From Escherichia coli (lineage in GTDB: Bacteria > Pseudomonadota > Gammaproteobacteria > Enterobacterales > Enterobacteriaceae): a stretch of DNA of 32,000 nt. The stretch is taken from assembly GCF_051858775.1 (NCBI RefSeq), contig NZ_CP135595.1; one strand, written 5' to 3'. The notes below the pieces were generated by a model. That model was given only the letters and a program-made list of their open reading frames with translations, was not told the origin of the DNA and made no database searches. Each line of letters starts with the position of its first letter. Positions within the stretch are counted from its first letter, which is position 1. A program made the translations under genes and the position numbers. Below are positions 1 through 14,312 of the stretch, piece by piece.

Positions 1-413
1 TGCGTAACTTTGATTTATCCCCGCTTTACCGTTCTGCTATTGGATTTGACCGTTTGTTTAACCACTTAGAAAACAACCAGAGCCAGAGTAATGGCGGCTA
101 CCCTCCGTATAACGTTGAACTGGTAGACGAAAACCATTACCGCATTGCTATCGCTGTGGCTGGTTTTGCTGAGAGCGAACTGGAAATTACCGCCCAGGAT
201 AATCTGCTGGTGGTGAAAGGTGCTCACGCCGACGAACAAAAAGAGCGCACCTATCTGTACCAGGGCATCGCTGAACGCAACTTTGAACGCAAATTCCAGT
301 TAGCTGAGAACATTCATGTTCGTGGGGCTAACCTGGTAAATGGTTTGCTGTATATCGATCTCGAACGCGTGATTCCGGAAGCGAAAAAACCGCGCCGTAT
401 CGAAATCAACTAA
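1..413 (+). CDS. ibpA: Small heat shock protein IbpA, missing only the first base of the start codon at the window edge
   Basis: The window begins (A)TG CGT AAC TTT GAT..., in frame with ORF 54..413. The protein [25 protein letters not shown]...RIEIN matches IbpA from memory. Confidence 0.97.
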
Positions 414-524
414 TTCCCTAAGGCCGCCTTGCGCGGCCTGACATCTCCATGCTCGCCGTCAGGGAGCATATGCGAATCTTCGGATTTGCAGGTACTTACT
501 CGCTTCTTAGAAGGAGAAATGACT
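414..524 (+). promoter_or_regulatory. ibpA-ibpB intergenic leader. In E. coli this carries an RNA thermometer controlling ibpB translation.
   Basis: Position between ibpA and ibpB, with an AAGGAG ribosome binding site upstream of the ATG at 525. The thermometer is inferred from established knowledge of ibp genes; folding was not computed. Confidence 0.5.
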
Positions 525-953
525 ATGCGTAACTTCGATTTATCCCCACTGATGCGTCAATGGATCGGTTTTGACAAACTGGCCAACGCACTGCAAAACG
601 CCGGTGAAAGCCAGAGCTTCCCGCCGTACAACATTGAGAAAAGCGACGATAACCACTACCGCATTACCCTTGCGCTGGCAGGTTTCCGTCAGGAAGATTT
701 AGAGATTCAACTGGAAGGTACGCGCCTGAGCGTAAAAGGCACGCCGGAGCAGCCAAAAGAAGAGAAAAAATGGCTGCATCAAGGGCTTATGAATCAGCCA
801 TTTAGCCTGAGCTTTACGCTGGCTGAAAATATGGAAGTCTCTGGCGCAACCTTCGTAAACGGTTTACTGCATATTGATTTAATTCGTAATGAGCCTGAAC
901 CCATCGCAGCGCAGCGTATCGCTATCAGCGAACGTCCCGCGTTAAATAGCTAA
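525..953 (+). CDS. ibpB: Small heat shock protein IbpB
   Basis: ATG at 525 after [33 protein letters not shown]... 142 aa, paralogous to IbpA. The track ORF start at 429 is an upstream extension. Confidence 0.97.
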
Positions 954-967
954 CTAGCTATTCTCTT

Positions 968-998
968 TGCCCCGCCATTCTGGTGGGGCTTTTTTTGT
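968..998 (+). terminator. Rho-independent terminator after ibpB
   Basis: GCCCCGCC-ATTCT-GGTGGGGC followed by a T tract. Confidence 0.85.
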
Positions 999-1148
999 CT
1001 TTCTTCTTCAACAATGCGTTAAATTTCGACTGTTTAAGATATTTCGGCACGTTCTTTCCCGTGATAATGTGCGCTATAAGGCAAATCTGCTTCACCGATT
1101 CAGCCATAATCCGTAGCAATTAAAATGTTATCTCAAGAGAAATGGACG

Positions 1149-2810
1149 ATGAGTGATATAGCATTAACGGTCAGTATTCTGGCTTTGGTGGCAGTCGTCG
1201 GTTTGTTTATCGGCAACGTCAAATTTCGCGGCATAGGATTAGGTATTGGCGGCGTGCTGTTTGGTGGGATCATCGTCGGCCATTTTGTTTCTCAGGCGGG
1301 GATGACATTAAGTAGCGATATGCTGCATGTTATTCAGGAATTTGGCCTGATCCTGTTCGTTTATACCATCGGGATTCAGGTAGGGCCGGGCTTCTTTGCC
1401 TCATTGCGCGTCTCCGGATTACGCCTCAACCTGTTTGCTGTTCTGATCGTCATCATCGGTGGTCTGGTTACCGCCATCCTGCATAAACTGTTTGATATTC
1501 CACTGCCGGTAGTGCTGGGGATTTTCTCCGGTGCGGTTACCAATACGCCAGCGCTGGGGGCAGGGCAGCAGATCTTGCGCGACCTGGGTACACCAATGGA
1601 AATGGTCGATCAGATGGGGATGAGTTACGCGATGGCGTATCCATTCGGCATTTGCGGGATTTTGTTCACCATGTGGATGTTGCGGGTTATTTTCCGCGTC
1701 AATGTCGAGACAGAAGCCCAGCAGCACGAATCTTCACGCACCAATGGCGGCGCGCTGATCAGGACTATCAATATTCGCGTTGAGAACCCTAACCTGCATG
1801 ATTTAGCCATTAAAGATGTACCGATTCTCAACGGCGACAAAATTATCTGCTCGCGTCTGAAACGCGAAGAAACCCTAAAAGTTCCTTCGCCAGATACCAT
1901 TATCCAACTGGGCGATTTGCTGCATCTGGTGGGTCAGCCAGCGGATTTACATAATGCGCAACTGGTGATTGGTCAGGAGGTCGATACTTCGCTGTCCACG
2001 AAAGGCACTGATTTGCGCGTCGAGCGTGTGGTGGTCACCAATGAAAACGTGCTTGGTAAGCGTATTCGCGACCTGCATTTTAAAGAACGCTATGACGTTG
2101 TTATCTCGCGCCTGAACCGTGCCGGGGTCGAACTGGTCGCCAGTGGCGATATCAGCCTGCAGTTCGGCGATATCCTCAACCTGGTGGGGCGTCCGTCCGC
2201 AATTGATGCCGTTGCCAATGTGCTGGGGAATGCGCAGCAAAAACTGCAACAGGTTCAGATGCTGCCTGTGTTTATTGGCATCGGGCTTGGCGTATTGTTA
2301 GGTTCTATTCCCGTCTTTGTGCCGGGATTCCCGGCCGCGTTGAAACTGGGGCTGGCGGGCGGTCCGCTGATTATGGCGTTGATCCTCGGGCGTATCGGCA
2401 GTATCGGCAAGCTGTACTGGTTTATGCCGCCAAGTGCCAACCTCGCGCTGCGGGAGCTGGGGATCGTGCTGTTCCTCTCGGTCGTTGGTCTGAAATCTGG
2501 TGGGGATTTTGTGAATACCCTGGTCAATGGCGAAGGGCTAAGCTGGATTGGTTATGGTGCCCTGATCACCGCCGTTCCGCTGATTACTGTTGGCATTCTG
2601 GCGCGGATGTTAGCCAAAATGAATTACCTGACCATGTGCGGGATGCTGGCAGGTTCCATGACCGATCCTCCGGCGCTGGCGTTTGCTAATAATCTTCATC
2701 CAACTAGCGGTGCGGCGGCGCTCTCTTACGCCACTGTCTATCCGTTAGTGATGTTCCTGCGCATTATCACCCCCCAATTACTGGCGGTGCTCTTCTGGAG
2801 TATCGGTTAA
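1149..2810 (+). CDS. yidE: YidE, AspT/YidE/YbjL-type antiporter-duplication membrane protein with two central RCK_C-like domains
   Basis: [28 protein letters not shown]... 553 aa, with hydrophobic N- and C-terminal halves around a soluble middle. Matches YidE. Confidence 0.95.
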
Positions 2811-3523
2811 CTCTTTTCCGGGTGGAGTCGCCGTAAATGGTACTCCACCTGGTATTCGCTGGCATTTCTGAACATCACTGAATAATTCAAAAACTCCCCG
2901 CTCTCGCTATATGACAACGAGGTGATCCGCAGCAGTGGCGTGTGTTCCGCTACCTTCATTTGCCGCGCCAGCAGTCTATCGGCGAGCACCGGCGTCAGGC
3001 TTTCATAATTACCGCCAATCAGAATCCCGCACTCTTGTTCAATATATTCAAACTTCGACCCTTCCAGATGTTGCAGCGAAAGGTTACGGAACAGTTTTAC
3101 CGGCATATAGCTGTCTTCCAGCATCAGCGGTTTCCCTTCCACAAAACGAACGCGACGGGAGAAGTAGATCTGCTCGTTGATTTGAATCCGTAACTGGCTG
3201 GCAATGGCCGGAGGCGCAGGCATGATTTCAAAAATCAGCACCTGGCTGGTGACCGTTTTTCCCTGACGTTTTAACACCTCCACCAGCCCGGTCAGGCTGG
3301 CGGTTTGATGCAGTACATCTTTGCGTACCAGGTAAGTGCCGCTGCCGTGGCGGCGGACCACCAGCCCCCACGCTACCAGCAGGTCAATCGCTTTACGGAT
3401 GGTCATCCGCGATACCGCAAACTCTTCTGCCAGCTTTTTTTCACCGGGAAGAAGGCTGTTTAGCGTGAAATCTGCGGAATTAAGTCTAATTCTTAACCGC
3501 TCCGCAATGCTTTTGTAGATCAT
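2807..3523 (-). CDS. yidP: GntR/HutC-family transcriptional regulator YidP, next to glv genes
   Basis: [50 protein letters not shown]... is a winged-helix GntR signature plus a UTRA-like C-terminus. Start placed at 3523 (238 aa). Confidence 0.92.
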
Positions 3524-3592
3524 CTCTAGATCTCTTTTTTGCCTGCAAGCCCGGGTAATGCGCCCACAAGTTCTGCTTAATCGATTGAAAAA

Positions 3593-3613
3593 ACATCTTT
3601 TTTTTAAAGATGT
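3593..3613. promoter_or_regulatory. Perfect inverted repeat in the yidP-glvC divergent intergenic region
   Basis: ACATCTTT-TTTTT-AAAGATGT, 8-bp arms and a 5-nt spacer. Operator or hairpin function is not established. Confidence 0.4.
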
Positions 3614-3818
3614 GTTCGATGCTGTGTACCTGTGCTCACAGAGGTCTACTTTTTCGCGAAAACGTAGATCTCTAACGCCCAACGAAAAGCATGAAAGCGA
3701 TCACGAATCCCATTGGGTCGTCATGTTCTGCCGATCGCATCTTCCTATCCTCGCTCCAGGCCTGCCGCATAACCAATCAGGCTTCCTACTTACAGAATTG
3801 AGAAAAGAGGATGTGGAA

Positions 3819-7647
<3,829 letters not shown>

Positions 7648-7813
7648 TTTAATATCCCTCCGGCGAATTATGCTCACAACCTGAACTTAACAGAAAACAA
7701 TCCGTTCAGGGATACGACGTTTGTATTTTAAGAATCTGACTGCCTGACCCGACGCATTTTACCTCTCCCTATATTCATGCGTCCGGGACATAAACATAAA
7801 TAAGGGCTATGAG

Positions 7814-9529
7814 ATGAATTCGTTACAAATCTTGAGTTTTGTCGGTTTTACGCTGCTGGTGGCGATCATCACCTGGTGGAAGGTTCGCAAAACAGATACC
7901 GGATCGCAACAAGGCTATTTTCTTGCCGGACGTTCACTAAAAGCGCCGGTTATTGCCGCTTCGTTAATGTTAACCAACCTTTCCACGGAACAACTGGTTG
8001 GTCTTTCCGGGCAGGCCTACAAAAGCGGCATGTCGGTGATGGGCTGGGAAGTGACTTCAGCGGTGACGCTGATCTTCCTCGCGCTAATCTTTTTACCGCG
8101 CTATCTGAAGCGCGGCATTGCCACCATCCCCGATTTTCTGGAGGAACGTTATGATAAAACGACGCGTATTATCATCGACTTCTGCTTCCTCATTGCCACC
8201 GGCGTCTGCTTTCTGCCGATTGTTCTCTACTCCGGCGCGTTGGCGCTCAACAGCCTGTTTCACGTCGGGGAATCGCTACAGATTTCTCACGGTGCGGCTA
8301 TCTGGCTACTGGTAATTTTGCTTGGTCTGGCGGGAATTTTGTATGCGGTGATCGGCGGACTGCGCGCAATGGCAGTGGCGGACTCCATCAACGGTATTGG
8401 GCTGGTTATCGGCGGGTTGATGGTGCCGGTATTTGGCCTGATCGCGATGGGCAAGGGCAGCTTTATGCAGGGCATTGAGCAAATTACCACCGTTCACGCC
8501 GAGAAATTAAACTCAGTCGGTGGCCCGACCGATCCCTTGCCGATTGGCGCGGCATTTACCGGTTTAATTCTGGTGAACACCTTTTACTGGTGTACAAATC
8601 AGGGCATCGTGCAACGCACGCTGGCGTCAAAAAGCCTGGCGGAAGGGCAAAAGGGGGCGCTGTTAACGGCGGTGCTGAAAATGCTCGACCCGCTGGTACT
8701 GGTGCTGCCAGGGTTGATTGCGTTTCATCTGTATCAGGATCTACCGAAAGCCGACATGGCCTACCCGACGCTGGTCAATAACGTTCTGCCAGTGCCACTG
8801 GTGGGTTTCTTCGGCGCGGTGTTATTTGGTGCGGTGATCAGTACCTTCAACGGCTTTCTGAATAGCGCCAGTACGTTATTCAGTATGGGTATTTACCGTC
8901 GCATCATTAACCAGAATGCCGAGCCGCAGCAGCTGGTCACCGTCGGGCGCAAATTTGGTTTCTTTATCGCTATCGTTTCGGTGCTGGTAGCGCCGTGGAT
9001 CGCCAACGCGCCGCAGGGGCTGTATAGCTGGATGAAACAGCTCAACGGCATTTACAACGTGCCGCTGGTTACCATCATCATTATGGGCTTTTTCTTCCCG
9101 CGCATCCCGGCGCTGGCGGCAAAAGTGGCGATGGGGATTGGCATAATCAGCTACATCACCATCAACTATCTGGTGAAGTTCGACTTCCATTTCCTCTATG
9201 TGCTGGCCTGTACGTTCTGCATCAACGTGGTCGTGATGCTGGTGATCGGTTTTATCAAACCGCGCGCCACGCCGTTCACCTTCAAAGATGCGTTTGCGGT
9301 GGACATGAAACCGTGGAAAAACGTCAAGATCGCGTCAATTGGCATCCTGTTCGCGATGATTGGCGTCTATGCCGGGCTGGCTGAATTCGGCGGCTACGGT
9401 ACGCGCTGGTTAGCGATGATCAGTTATTTCATTGCCGCCGTAGTGATTGTCTACCTGATTTTTGACAGCTGGCGGCATCGTCACGACCCAGCCGTAACCT
9501 TTACTCCCGATGCAAAGGATAGCCTATGA
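7814..9529 (+). CDS. yidK: Sodium:solute symporter family transporter YidK
   Basis: MNSLQILSFVGFTLLVAIITWWKVRKTDTGSQQGYFLAGRSL... 571 aa with SSS-family features. Confidence 0.93.
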   Translation: MNSLQILSFVGFTLLVAIITWWKVRKTDTGSQQGYFLAGRSLKAPVIAASLMLTNLSTEQLVGLSGQAYKSGMSVMGWEVTSAVTLIFLALIFLPRYLKRGIATIPDFLEERYDKTTRIIIDFCFLIATGVCFLPIVLYSGALALNSLFHVGESLQISHGAAIWLLVILLGLAGILYAVIGGLRAMAVADSINGIGLVIGGLMVPVFGLIAMGKGSFMQGIEQITTVHAEKLNSVGGPTDPLPIGAAFTGLILVNTFYWCTNQGIVQRTLASKSLAEGQKGALLTAVLKMLDPLVLVLPGLIAFHLYQDLPKADMAYPTLVNNVLPVPLVGFFGAVLFGAVISTFNGFLNSASTLFSMGIYRRIINQNAEPQQLVTVGRKFGFFIAIVSVLVAPWIANAPQGLYSWMKQLNGIYNVPLVTIIIMGFFFPRIPALAAKVAMGIGIISYITINYLVKFDFHFLYVLACTFCINVVVMLVIGFIKPRATPFTFKDAFAVDMKPWKNVKIASIGILFAMIGVYAGLAEFGGYGTRWLAMISYFIAAVVIVYLIFDSWRHRHDPAVTFTPDAKDSL

Positions 9530-11019
9530 AACGCTCCAATTTTCTGTTCATCATGACCGATACCCAGGCCACCAATATGGTCGGTTGCTATAGCGGTAAG
9601 CCGCTGAATACGCAAAATATTGATAGTCTGGCGGCGGAAGGTATTCGCTTTAACTCCGCCTACACCTGTTCACCGGTTTGTACACCGGCGCGCGCCGGGC
9701 TGTTTACCGGTATCTACGCTAACCAGTCCGGCCCGTGGACCAATAACGTCGCGCCAGGCAAAAACATTTCCACTATGGGGCGCTACTTTAAGGATGCGGG
9801 CTATCACACCTGTTACATCGGCAAATGGCATCTCGACGGTCATGACTATTTCGGCACTGGCGAGTGTCCGCCGGAGTGGGACGCTGATTACTGGTTCGAT
9901 GGGGCGAACTATCTTAGCGAACTGACGGAAAAAGAGATTAGCCTGTGGCGCAATGGCCTAAACAGCGTCGAAGATTTACAGGCGAACCATATTGACGAAA
10001 CCTTCACCTGGGCGCACCGCATCAGCAATCGGGCGGTGGATTTTCTGCAACAGCCCGCGCGCACCGAGGAACCCTTCCTGATGGTGGTTTCGTATGATGA
10101 GCCGCATCACCCGTTCACCTGTCCGGTGGAGTATTTAGAGAAATACGCTGATTTTTACTACGAGCTGGGCGAGAAAGCACAGGATGACCTGGCGAACAAA
10201 CCAGAACATCACCGCTTATGGGCGCAGGCGATGCCATCGCCAGTCGGTGATGACGGGCTTTATCACCATCCGCTCTATTTTGCCTGTAATGACTTTGTTG
10301 ATGACCAAATAGGACGGGTCATCAATGCCTTAACGCCAGAGCAACGTGAAAATACGTGGGTTATTTATACATCCGATCACGGCGAAATGATGGGCGCACA
10401 TAAGCTGATCAGTAAAGGAGCGGCGATGTATGACGACATCACCCGTATTCCGCTGATCATCCGTTCGCCGCAAGGGGAGCGGCGACAGGTCAATACGCCA
10501 GTCAGTCATATCGATTTACTGCCGACAATGATGGCGCTGGCAGATGTTGAAAAACCAGAGATTCTGCCGGGGGAAAATATCCTTGCCGTGAAAGAGCCAC
10601 GCGGCGTGATGGTGGAATTTAACCGCTACGAGATTGAGCATGACAGCTTTGGCGGTTTTATTCCGGTGCGTTGCTGGGTGACGGATGACTTTAAACTGGT
10701 GCTCAACCTCTTCACCAGTGATGAACTTTACGATCGCCGTAATGATCCAAATGAAATGCATAACCTGATCGATGATGCCCATTTTGCCGACGTTCGCAGC
10801 AAAATGCATGATGCCTTATTGGATTATATGGACAAAATTCGCGATCCGTTCCGCAGTTACCAATGGAGCCTGCGTCCGTGGCGTAAAGATGCACAGCCGC
10901 GCTGGATGGGGGCATTTCGTCCACGCCCACAAGATGGTTATTCGCCAGTGGTACGCGACTATGACACCGGCCTGCCGACACAAGGGGTGAAGGTGGAAGA
11001 GAAAAAACAGAAGTTCTGA
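9526..11019 (+). CDS. yidJ: Putative Cys-type sulfatase YidJ
   Basis: NFLFIMTDTQATNMVGCYSG; sulfatase signature CTPARAG (Cys codon at 9679..9681); YTSDHGEMMGAH. The ATG overlaps the yidK stop. Confidence 0.94.
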   Translation: MKRSNFLFIMTDTQATNMVGCYSGKPLNTQNIDSLAAEGIRFNSAYTCSPVCTPARAGLFTGIYANQSGPWTNNVAPGKNISTMGRYFKDAGYHTCYIGKWHLDGHDYFGTGECPPEWDADYWFDGANYLSELTEKEISLWRNGLNSVEDLQANHIDETFTWAHRISNRAVDFLQQPARTEEPFLMVVSYDEPHHPFTCPVEYLEKYADFYYELGEKAQDDLANKPEHHRLWAQAMPSPVGDDGLYHHPLYFACNDFVDDQIGRVINALTPEQRENTWVIYTSDHGEMMGAHKLISKGAAMYDDITRIPLIIRSPQGERRQVNTPVSHIDLLPTMMALADVEKPEILPGENILAVKEPRGVMVEFNRYEIEHDSFGGFIPVRCWVTDDFKLVLNLFTSDELYDRRNDPNEMHNLIDDAHFADVRSKMHDALLDYMDKIRDPFRSYQWSLRPWRKDAQPRWMGAFRPRPQDGYSPVVRDYDTGLPTQGVKVEEKKQKF

Positions 11020-11023
11020 CGAT

Positions 11024-11054
11024 AATGCCCGCTGATGAACACCCGGCGGGCATT
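11024..11054. terminator. Inverted repeat between the convergent yidJ and yidI, possible bidirectional terminator
   Basis: AATGCCCGC-(13 nt)-GCGGGCATT, 9-bp perfect stem in the gap between convergent genes. Confidence 0.55.
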
Positions 11055-11065
11055 ATTCAGGCTGC

Positions 11066-11515
11066 TTAAACCAGTGAACCGCCAGTCAGGAAGGAAAAGA
11101 TAAGGAATATCAGCAAAATGCTGCACACGATGCCGATACCAAAAAGCAAGGTATGGAAAGCCAGCGTCCCGCCGCCAAAAACCAGCGCGCCGCGAATGCC
11201 CCAGCGATTTTCCTTACGCATACCGCCAATAAATGCGCAAAGTAGCGCAGCAATGGCCAGTGCGATACCGCTTTGATCGAGGATTTTATCGACATCCACG
11301 TCCTCTTTTCTCTCCACGGTGGTAATTTTTTCGCCTTTTATTCCGGCGAGAAGACCTCTTTTAATTTCAGCCGTTTTGTCCGCCACGATGCTTTCAAGCG
11401 TTGGCGGTGGTGCGGAAAAAGGGCCGAATGAAAAGTGGATAATCCCCATCATTAAAGCGATGGCACCGAATAGCATGCCCAATGAACTGATTTTATTTTG
11501 CGCTATGATACCCAT
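11066..11515 (-). CDS. yidI: Inner membrane protein YidI
   Basis: MGIIAQNKISSLGMLFGAIALMMGIIHFSFGPFS... 149 aa with hydrophobic segments. Matches YidI from memory. Confidence 0.88.
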   Translation of the reverse strand: MGIIAQNKISSLGMLFGAIALMMGIIHFSFGPFSAPPPTLESIVADKTAEIKRGLLAGIKGEKITTVERKEDVDVDKILDQSGIALAIAALLCAFIGGMRKENRWGIRGALVFGGGTLAFHTLLFGIGIVCSILLIFLIFSFLTGGSLV

Positions 11516-11623
11516 CTGACCTCCTTGTAGCGGATGGCAAAAGCATATCAGGAAACGGGCGGACGAAATTCTTAAAAAAAACCGCTAAAGGTAGAGCGTT
11601 AGTGAAATTGCAAAGGAGCAACA

Positions 11624-11971
11624 ATGAAAATTTCCCGCCTTGGAGAAGCGCCCGATTACCGCTTCTCGCTGGCTAATGAGCGTACTTTTCTGGCGTGGAT
11701 CCGTACCGCACTAGGATTTCTGGCGGCGGGGGTTGGGCTTGATCAACTTGCGCCAGATTTCGCCACGCCCGTCATTCGCGAACTGCTGGCGTTGTTGTTG
11801 TGTCTGTTTTCCGGCGGGTTAGCGATGTATGGCTACTTGCGCTGGTTACGCAATGAAAAAGCGATGCGTCTGAAAGAGGACCTGCCTTACACTAACAGCT
11901 TATTAATCATCAGCTTAATATTGATGGTCGTGGCGGTGATCGTTATGGGACTGGTGTTGTATGCCGGATAG
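11624..11971 (+). CDS. yidH: DUF202-type inner membrane protein YidH
   Basis: LANERTFLAWIRTALGFLAAGVGLDQL DUF202 motif; 115 aa. Confidence 0.93.
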   Translation: MKISRLGEAPDYRFSLANERTFLAWIRTALGFLAAGVGLDQLAPDFATPVIRELLALLLCLFSGGLAMYGYLRWLRNEKAMRLKEDLPYTNSLLIISLILMVVAVIVMGLVLYAG

Positions 11972-12323
11972 CCGCAAAGCCAGACGCATTGCCGACCCAG
12001 GGCTGCAGCCGGAGCGTACATCACTGGCGTGGTTTCGTACCATGCTGGGCTACGGCGCGTTGATGGCGTTGGCTATCAAACACAACTGGCACCAGGCGGG
12101 CATGTTATTCTGGATTTCGATTGGCATCCTCGCCATCGTGGCGCTGATCCTCTGGCACTACACCCGTAATCGCAATTTAATGGATGTCACGAATAGCGAT
12201 TTTTCCCAATTTCACGTAGTCCGTGACAAATTTTTGATCTCCCTCGCGGTGTTATCTCTCGCAATACTGTTTGCTGTAACGCATATACATCAACTTATCG
12301 TATTTATTGAGAGAGTCGCATGA
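11961..12323 (+). CDS. yidG: DUF202-type inner membrane protein YidG
   Basis: LQPERTSLAWFRTMLGYGALMALAIKHNWH; 120 aa, overlaps the end of yidH. Confidence 0.93.
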   Translation: MPDSRKARRIADPGLQPERTSLAWFRTMLGYGALMALAIKHNWHQAGMLFWISIGILAIVALILWHYTRNRNLMDVTNSDFSQFHVVRDKFLISLAVLSLAILFAVTHIHQLIVFIERVA

Positions 12324-12817
12324 CAGGAAGTCAGGTCATTGATGCTGAAGAGGACAGGCATAAACTGGTTGTAGAGTATAAGGATACTCTGCAACCTGCC
12401 GATTTTTATCACAATTTCAAACAGCGGGGCATCCGCTCCGTACAGCTTATTCCCCATCTTGAATTTGATGACCGGGGCGATCTGACGGCCGCTTCGGTGA
12501 CAGCAGAGCTGTGGGGGAAATTTTTAATTGCCCTGTTCGAGTGTTGGGTGCGGGCAGATATCAGTCGTATCTCGATTGAGCTTTTTGACTCCACCCTACA
12601 AAAATGGTGTGGCAGCGAAAACCCGCACTCGCGCCGTGACTGCCAAACGTGCGACTGGCATCGGCTGTGTCCGCACGCTCGGGAGGAAACGCCAGACAGC
12701 GTGCTATGTGCGGGCTATCAGGCGTTTTATTCTTACTCCGCACCGCATATGCGGGTGATGCGTGATCTGATAAAGCAGCATCGTTCTCCCATGGAGCTGA
12801 TGACGATGCTGCGGTGA
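12320..12817 (+). CDS. yidF: YidF, resembles the Cys-rich C-terminal (SPASM-like) part of anaerobic sulfatase-maturating enzymes, without the radical-SAM core
   Basis: 165 aa; ...WCGSENPHSRRDCQTCDWHRLCPHAREETPDSVLCAGYQAFYSYSAPHMRVMRDLI. The ATG overlaps the yidG stop (ATGA). Confidence 0.85.
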   Translation: MTGSQVIDAEEDRHKLVVEYKDTLQPADFYHNFKQRGIRSVQLIPHLEFDDRGDLTAASVTAELWGKFLIALFECWVRADISRISIELFDSTLQKWCGSENPHSRRDCQTCDWHRLCPHAREETPDSVLCAGYQAFYSYSAPHMRVMRDLIKQHRSPMELMTMLR

Positions 12818-12824
12818 TGTGCGC

Positions 12825-14009
12825 TTAAACGGGCTGCCCCTGATGCGACATCCGCGTTGCCAGCGGTAGCCAGCACAGCACGATCAACAATCCCATTAAG
12901 GTCATCAACAACCCCAGGCTGCCCTGACCGGTTTGCGGCAACATCGCTGAGAGCGACGCCAGCACGCCGGAACCAATGTTTTGCAGACCGCCGACCAGCG
13001 CGCCAGCCGTGCCCGCCAGGAAGGGGAACGGCTCCATCGCGCCGCTGGTCGCCAGCGGAAACAGCATCCCGGCACCGAAAAAGAACAGCGCGGCGGGAAC
13101 AAGCAGCGTCCAGACATTCATCACGCCAAACCAGTCGGGGATCCACATCAGCAAGCCAGCCAGCAGGCAGCAGATAACCGACTGCCACATCAACGTTGAG
13201 AAGCGTTTATTAGGACGCCCGGCAAACCATGCCCCAAAAAATGCCGCCGGAATCGGCAGAATAAACAAAATACTGACCGTCATACTGCTCAGCCCTAACA
13301 CCGCGCCCATCAGCACTCCGGAGCAGGCTTCAAAGGCGGCAATCCCGGCCAGACCGCCAATCAGCATCAGCAAATAACAGTTAAAACCGCTGTTACCGAA
13401 AAGCGTTTTATAACTGGTAAGCAGGCGCGTGCGGGGTGCGTCGACCGGACGCGTTTCCGGCATCCAGCGGGCCATACTGAAGGTCACACCAGCACAAAGG
13501 ACCAACAAAAAGAGATAACAGGCGCGCCAGTTCCACATCGTATCCAGCAGACCGCCGATTAGCGGTGCGAGCAACGGACTGACAAGAATCCCCATGTTTA
13601 ACAGGCTGTTAGCATGGCGCAACTGTGTCCGTTCATATAAATCACGCGGCAAAGTACGCGCCATTACGCCGCCAACGCCGGTGCCCATCCCCTGCATCGC
13701 GCTGGCGGCAATCAATACCGTCAAACTGGAGGTCGTGACCGCGACCAGCGTTGCCAGCATAAAAATGGACATTCCGACGAGGATCACTGGTCGGCGACCC
13801 ACGCGGTCGGATATCGGGCCATAAAACAGCTGCGAGACACCGTAAGTCAGCAGATAAGCGCCCATTACGCTCTGCACCGCCCCTTCACGGACGTTGAGAT
13901 CGCGCGCCATATCGGCAATAGCTGGAATATAAATGGTTTGCGCCATCTGACCGACGGCCACGAGTAATACCAACATCAATAACAAATTGACGTTTCTATG
14001 CCTTTTCAT
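12825..14009 (-). CDS. emrD: MFS multidrug efflux transporter EmrD
   Basis: MKRHRNVNLLLMLVLLVAVGQMAQTIYIPAIADMARDLNVREGAVQSVMGAYLLTYGVSQLFYGPISDRVGRRPVILVG...; 394 aa. Confidence 0.97.
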   Translation of the reverse strand: MKRHRNVNLLLMLVLLVAVGQMAQTIYIPAIADMARDLNVREGAVQSVMGAYLLTYGVSQLFYGPISDRVGRRPVILVGMSIFMLATLVAVTTSSLTVLIAASAMQGMGTGVGGVMARTLPRDLYERTQLRHANSLLNMGILVSPLLAPLIGGLLDTMWNWRACYLFLLVLCAGVTFSMARWMPETRPVDAPRTRLLTSYKTLFGNSGFNCYLLMLIGGLAGIAAFEACSGVLMGAVLGLSSMTVSILFILPIPAAFFGAWFAGRPNKRFSTLMWQSVICCLLAGLLMWIPDWFGVMNVWTLLVPAALFFFGAGMLFPLATSGAMEPFPFLAGTAGALVGGLQNIGSGVLASLSAMLPQTGQGSLGLLMTLMGLLIVLCWLPLATRMSHQGQPV

Positions 14010-14195
14010 TATCACGGATGCTTTTATAAAAATAATTAGAATAAGTCACTACGCATTCCCATAAATGCGGGAGAGGAATCTATCACATTGATAAATGTTA
14101 GCCAGATATACGCCAGGAATGGGGAATTGTTTAGCGGCAGAATATGTAAACAAAAGCGGCAATAAATGTTGCCGGAAGGGATTACGTGCGAACTG

Positions 14196-14312
14196 TAACC
14201 CTCTCCCTGAAAGGGCGAGGGGGAAACCACCGTTCCCTTTCAGAAAATGAGCTAAACATTGCACGGGACGGTCCCCTCGCCCCTTTGGGGAGAGGGCTAG
14301 GGTGAGGGGCAC
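14196..14312. repeat. Intergenic inverted repeat pair of the type seen in enterobacterial interspersed repeats (boxC-like)
   Basis: CCCTCTCCCTGAAAGGGCGAGGG (from 14199) is nearly the reverse complement of CCCTCGCCCCTTTGGGGAGAGGG (to 14296), followed by CTAGGGTGAGGGGCA. Confidence 0.6.

Noticed and set aside
3558-3818. N-terminal extension of the glvC ORF (MRPQVLLNRLKKHLFF...)
   Set aside because: The PTS EIIC homology starts at MLSQIQRF (3819). The extension overlaps the regulatory region containing the inverted repeat.
12733-13199. 151-aa and other plus-strand ORFs opposite emrD
   Set aside because: emrD is a full-length recognisable MFS protein on the other strand; these are shadow ORFs.
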